A stretch of 64,000 nt of DNA from Actinomycetota bacterium (GTDB lineage: Bacteria > Actinomycetota > Actinomycetes > S36-B12 > UBA5976). The stretch covers positions 5,527 through 69,526 of the forward strand of contig JBEAYY010000026.1 of assembly GCA_041170365.1 (NCBI GenBank), written 5' to 3'. The notes under the pieces are model-generated. The model was not told the origin of the DNA. It saw only the letters and a program-made list of their open reading frames with translations, and searched no databases. The translations under genes and the position numbers were made by a program. This document shows positions 61,124 through 64,000 of the stretch, in pieces; the stretch's first letter is position 1, and each line of letters opens with the position of its first letter.

Positions 61124-62019
61124 AAATCAGTCCAAAAGTTCAAGAAGCCCTAAATAATAAAAAAGCCGTTGTGGCATTGGAGTCAACAATTATTGCCCAT
61201 GGTTTGCCGCGTCCTGATAATTTTAAAATCGCACAAGAAATTGAACAAGTTGTTATTGACCAAGGAGCAACCCCTGCAACTATTGCCATCTTAAATGGAG
61301 AAATTTGTGTAGGTCTTGATGAAAGTCAACTTACTCAAGTTGCAACTGATACAAATATTTTGAAACTTGGCATAAGAGATATTGCCCATTGTGTAACGAG
61401 AAAACAATCTGGGGCTACCACTGTTGCAAGTACTGCTTGGATTGCGCATTTAAGTGGAATAACAACATTTGCAACTGGTGGATTAGGTGGAGTACATAAA
61501 GGATCCATTGAAACATTCGATGAATCAGGTGACATCACCGCTTTAGCTCAAATTCCTATCGTGGTGGTCTCAAGTGGTATCAAATCTATTTTGGATGTTG
61601 CAGCAACTTTAGAAAGATTAGAAACTTGGCATGTGCCAGTTTATGGTTGGAAAACTAATGATTTTCCTGGATTTTGGATTAAAGATTCTGGTTTTGATAT
61701 CGGTGAAAAAGTAGAAAGTGTTGAAGAAGTAGCAGAAATTTATAAATTTAGAAAAACAAATGACTTCTCAGAATCAGTGCTTATTGCAAATCCTATTAAA
61801 AAGGAAGATGAATTTGATCCAAAACTTGAACAAAAAATATTAGAAAAAGGAATGAAATTAGCTAAAGAGCAAAATATTTCAGGTAAAGCTGTTACTCCAT
61901 TTCTACTAGGTTTAATGCATTCTGAATCTCAAGGCAAATCATTAAAAGCAAATGTGGCCCTAGTAAAAAGTAATGCTCAACTTGCTGCTCAAATTGCTGT
62001 AGCTATTTCCAAAAAATGA
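61120..62019 (+). CDS. psuG: pseudouridine-5'-phosphate glycosidase
   Basis: 299 aa. VVALESTIIAHGLPRP...GATTVA...TGGLGGVH (IndA/PsuG family). Confidence 0.92.
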   Translation: MKISPKVQEALNNKKAVVALESTIIAHGLPRPDNFKIAQEIEQVVIDQGATPATIAILNGEICVGLDESQLTQVATDTNILKLGIRDIAHCVTRKQSGATTVASTAWIAHLSGITTFATGGLGGVHKGSIETFDESGDITALAQIPIVVVSSGIKSILDVAATLERLETWHVPVYGWKTNDFPGFWIKDSGFDIGEKVESVEEVAEIYKFRKTNDFSESVLIANPIKKEDEFDPKLEQKILEKGMKLAKEQNISGKAVTPFLLGLMHSESQGKSLKANVALVKSNAQLAAQIAVAISKK

Positions 62020-62879
62020 CTGTAAAAATCATTTTTGTTGGAGATGTCATGCAAGACATCTTGATATCCCATAAAGAGAAAATAGCTTTTGGTTCAGATA
62101 CTCAAGCAAACATTAAAATGCAAGGCGGAGGATCAGCTACTAATGCAGCTGTTTGGGCTTCAACTTTAAATACAGAAGTTGGATTAGTTGCAAGAATTGG
62201 TGATGACAATGCAGGAAAAATTATTTTAGAAGAACTAAATAAACCAAATCTAAATTTAAATTTGGTTAAAACAGAAAATGTTTCAAGTGGAAGTTGTGCC
62301 ATATTGATTGATGCAACTGGAGAAAGAACTATGTTTCCAGATCCTGGAGCAAATATATTTTTAACAAGTCAAGATGTTCCAAAAGAATGGTTTAAGCAAG
62401 CAGAAATTATTCATATTTCGGCATACAGTCTTTTAAGAAAAAATACCAAAAATGCAATTGGAGAAATTATAGAAATTGCTAAAGATAATGGATTAAAAAC
62501 TTCAGTTGATGTCGCCTCAAGTCAGCCTTTAATTGATAATGATGGGTTTAATGCCTTAAAAGAACTAGCCCCTTGGGATTATTTATTTGCAAATAAAGAT
62601 GAAGCTGAAGTTTTAGGAGATATTAAAAAAATAAAATCTTTAAGTAAAAATCTTATTTTAAAACAAGGCAGTAAAGAAAGTCTTTGGATTACAGACAATA
62701 CTGAAATAAAAGATATTCCAGATAAAGTAGAGGTCGTGGATTTAATTGGAGCAGGTGATGCGTTTGCTGCAGGATTTTTAGTAAGTGTCATCAGCAAAGA
62801 TAAACCACAAATTACTTTAAAAAAAGCAAACCAATTAGGTGCAAAAGCAGTAAGTATTAGTGGAGCAAGACCGCTATAG
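62016..62879 (+). CDS. psuK: PfkB-family carbohydrate kinase (probable pseudouridine kinase)
   Basis: 287 aa. GGGSATNAA and DLIGAGDAFAAGF. It is translationally coupled to psuG (ATGA overlap). Confidence 0.8.
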   Translation: MTVKIIFVGDVMQDILISHKEKIAFGSDTQANIKMQGGGSATNAAVWASTLNTEVGLVARIGDDNAGKIILEELNKPNLNLNLVKTENVSSGSCAILIDATGERTMFPDPGANIFLTSQDVPKEWFKQAEIIHISAYSLLRKNTKNAIGEIIEIAKDNGLKTSVDVASSQPLIDNDGFNALKELAPWDYLFANKDEAEVLGDIKKIKSLSKNLILKQGSKESLWITDNTEIKDIPDKVEVVDLIGAGDAFAAGFLVSVISKDKPQITLKKANQLGAKAVSISGARPL

Positions 62880-62890
62880 ATTTATAGCGG
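62869..62890. terminator. hairpin spanning both convergent stop codons (psuK / SDR)
   Basis: 9-bp stem ACCGCTATA/TATAGCGGT with a 4-nt loop. Each arm encodes the C-terminal Pro-Leu-stop of one gene. Confidence 0.45.
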
Positions 62891-63646
62891 TGTTACGTAA
62901 GCTCCAGTAATTCCACCATCAACTAAAAAGTTTGATGCAGTTATAAATGATGAATCATCACTTGCTAAGAATGCAACAGCTGCTGCAATTTCGTGAGCTT
63001 CACCAAATCTTCCCATTGGAATATGAACTAGACGACGTTGTGCTCTTTCTTTGTCTTTAGCAAATAATTCTTGTAAAAGTGGAGTATTGATTGGTCCCGG
63101 AGATAAAGCGTTAACTCTTACTCCTTCGCGAGCAAATTGCACACCAAGTTCTCTTGTCATCGCAAGCACTCCACCTTTAGAGGCAGTGTAAGAAATTTGC
63201 GAAGTTGCAGCGGCCAAAGTTGCTACGAAAGAAGCGGTATTAATAATGGATCCTTTTTTAGCTTCTAACATGTAAGGTAAAACTGCTTTGCAGCATAAAT
63301 AAACTGAAGTTAAATTAACTAATTGAACCTTATCCCAAGCTTCTAGTTCAGTAATCAAAATTGAATCATCATCTGGTGGAGAAATACCAGCATTATTGAA
63401 AGCAATATCAATTTTTCCAAACTTTTTGAAAACTTCAGCAAATAAATTATCTACACTTTGTTTATCTGTGACGTTGCACTTTATGAATGTGCCATTAACT
63501 TCACTAGCCACACTTTGACCATTTTTTTCATCCATATCAGCAATAACTACATGTGCACCTTCAGATGCAAAACGAATTGCAGTTGCTTTACCGATTCCTG
63601 AACCGCCACCGGTAATTGTGGCAACTCTTCCTTCTAGTCTTTTCAA
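62882..63646 (-). CDS. SDR family oxidoreductase
   Basis: 254 aa. TGGGSGIGKA, NNAG, YTASKGG. Confidence 0.9.
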   Translation of the reverse strand: MKRLEGRVATITGGGSGIGKATAIRFASEGAHVVIADMDEKNGQSVASEVNGTFIKCNVTDKQSVDNLFAEVFKKFGKIDIAFNNAGISPPDDDSILITELEAWDKVQLVNLTSVYLCCKAVLPYMLEAKKGSIINTASFVATLAAATSQISYTASKGGVLAMTRELGVQFAREGVRVNALSPGPINTPLLQELFAKDKERAQRRLVHIPMGRFGEAHEIAAAVAFLASDDSSFITASNFLVDGGITGAYVTPL

Positions 63647-63658
63647 GATATTTTCTCC

Positions 63659-64000
63659 TTATATCTCTGTGTTAATAAATACGTTCTTTTCTTCGGTAAA
63701 CGCGTTTAGTGCATCTGGACCTAATTCACGTCCCAAACCTGACTTTTTGAATCCACCAAATGGTGTCCAATATCTAACTGAAGAATGTGAGTTAACAGAA
63801 AGGTTTCCACTTTCAATTCCTCGTGCAACTCTTAATGCTTTAGCTCCATTATTGGTCCAAATAGATCCACTTAAACCAAATTCGGAATCATTTGCCAAAT
63901 TAATTGCATCTGCTTCATTTTCGAAAGTAACAACAGAAACCACTGGACCAAAAATCTCTTCTCGAAGAGCACGATGATTTCTATCTTTAATATGTAAAAC
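63659..64000 (-). CDS. aldehyde dehydrogenase family protein (C-terminal part; 5' end beyond window)
   Basis: The frame is open to position 64000 (VLHIKDRNHRALREEIFGPVVSVVTFENEADAINLANDSEFGLSGSIWT...). EEIFGPV and the GG(F/Y)KxSG region are ALDH hallmarks. The Met in the track ORF is an internal GTG. Confidence 0.9.
   Translation of the reverse strand, partial: VLHIKDRNHRALREEIFGPVVSVVTFENEADAINLANDSEFGLSGSIWTNNGAKALRVARGIESGNLSVNSHSSVRYWTPFGGFKKSGLGRELGPDALNAFTEEKNVFINTEI

Noticed and set aside
63618-63977. 119-aa plus-strand ORF spanning the SDR/ALDH junction
   Set aside because: It is antisense to two well-supported minus-strand genes, and I recognise no motif in it.

Overview
This is a gene-dense window (about 70 CDS) from a streamlined, low-GC actinobacterial chromosome. 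G+C is roughly 35-40% by eye, not computed. Evidence for the phylum is a WhiB regulator, the AccD5/AccE5/AccA3 acyl-CoA carboxylase, an Sdh1-type sdhCAB, a PerM-like protein, GuaB3, MoeZ, and gene order matching several Mycobacterium tuberculosis blocks. A Nanopelagicales/acI-like or similar planktonic lineage is only a guess.

Content from left to right:
- Wall-glycopolymer module: NDP-sugar pyrophosphorylase, DUF3048 lipoprotein, two LCP ligases, two GT2 transferases, a CDP-alcohol phosphotransferase and a Wzm/Wzt exporter.
- A degenerate purK-like gene, then birA-accD5-accE5-maf-accA3.
- sdhCAB and trpS, followed by YibE/F, a CNNM-type gene, icd and mdh.
- DUF3017, DUF606 and purH, followed by a PerM-like gene, sucDC, an M23 peptidase and pcrA.
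- PIG-L deacetylase and guaB3.
- Regulatory island: an AT-rich LuxR-type pseudo-receiver, a CarH/LitR-like MerR regulator and a whiB3/whiD-like gene.
- An mtnA plus aldolase-SDR fusion pair, then a CopC-like gene.
- groES-groEL1 with a CIRCE operator.
- tsaD-rimI-tsaB-tsaE-alr-acpS-glmS, then yaaA, TetR, and glmM-rpsI-rplM.
- pabC-like, truA, and the alpha ribosomal operon (rplQ-rpoA-rpsD-rpsK-rpsM-rpmJ-infA).
- moeZ, a C26 amidotransferase, psuG-psuK, an SDR and a partial aldehyde dehydrogenase.

I saw no rRNA, tRNA, CRISPR array, IS element, prophage or recognisable defence system.

Most of the window is core housekeeping. The observations I rate highest are:
- The B12-photoreceptor-like regulator wired to whiB and an orphan LuxR gene.
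- The mtnA/aldolase-SDR pair, a candidate fused variant of the DHAP-shunt SAM by-product salvage route.
- The PurK pseudoenzyme.
- The LCP-flanked glycopolymer cluster, whose CDP-alcohol transferase has a D-to-H motif variant.

All homology statements come from reading the translated ORFs and recalling family motifs. No searches or computations were run.
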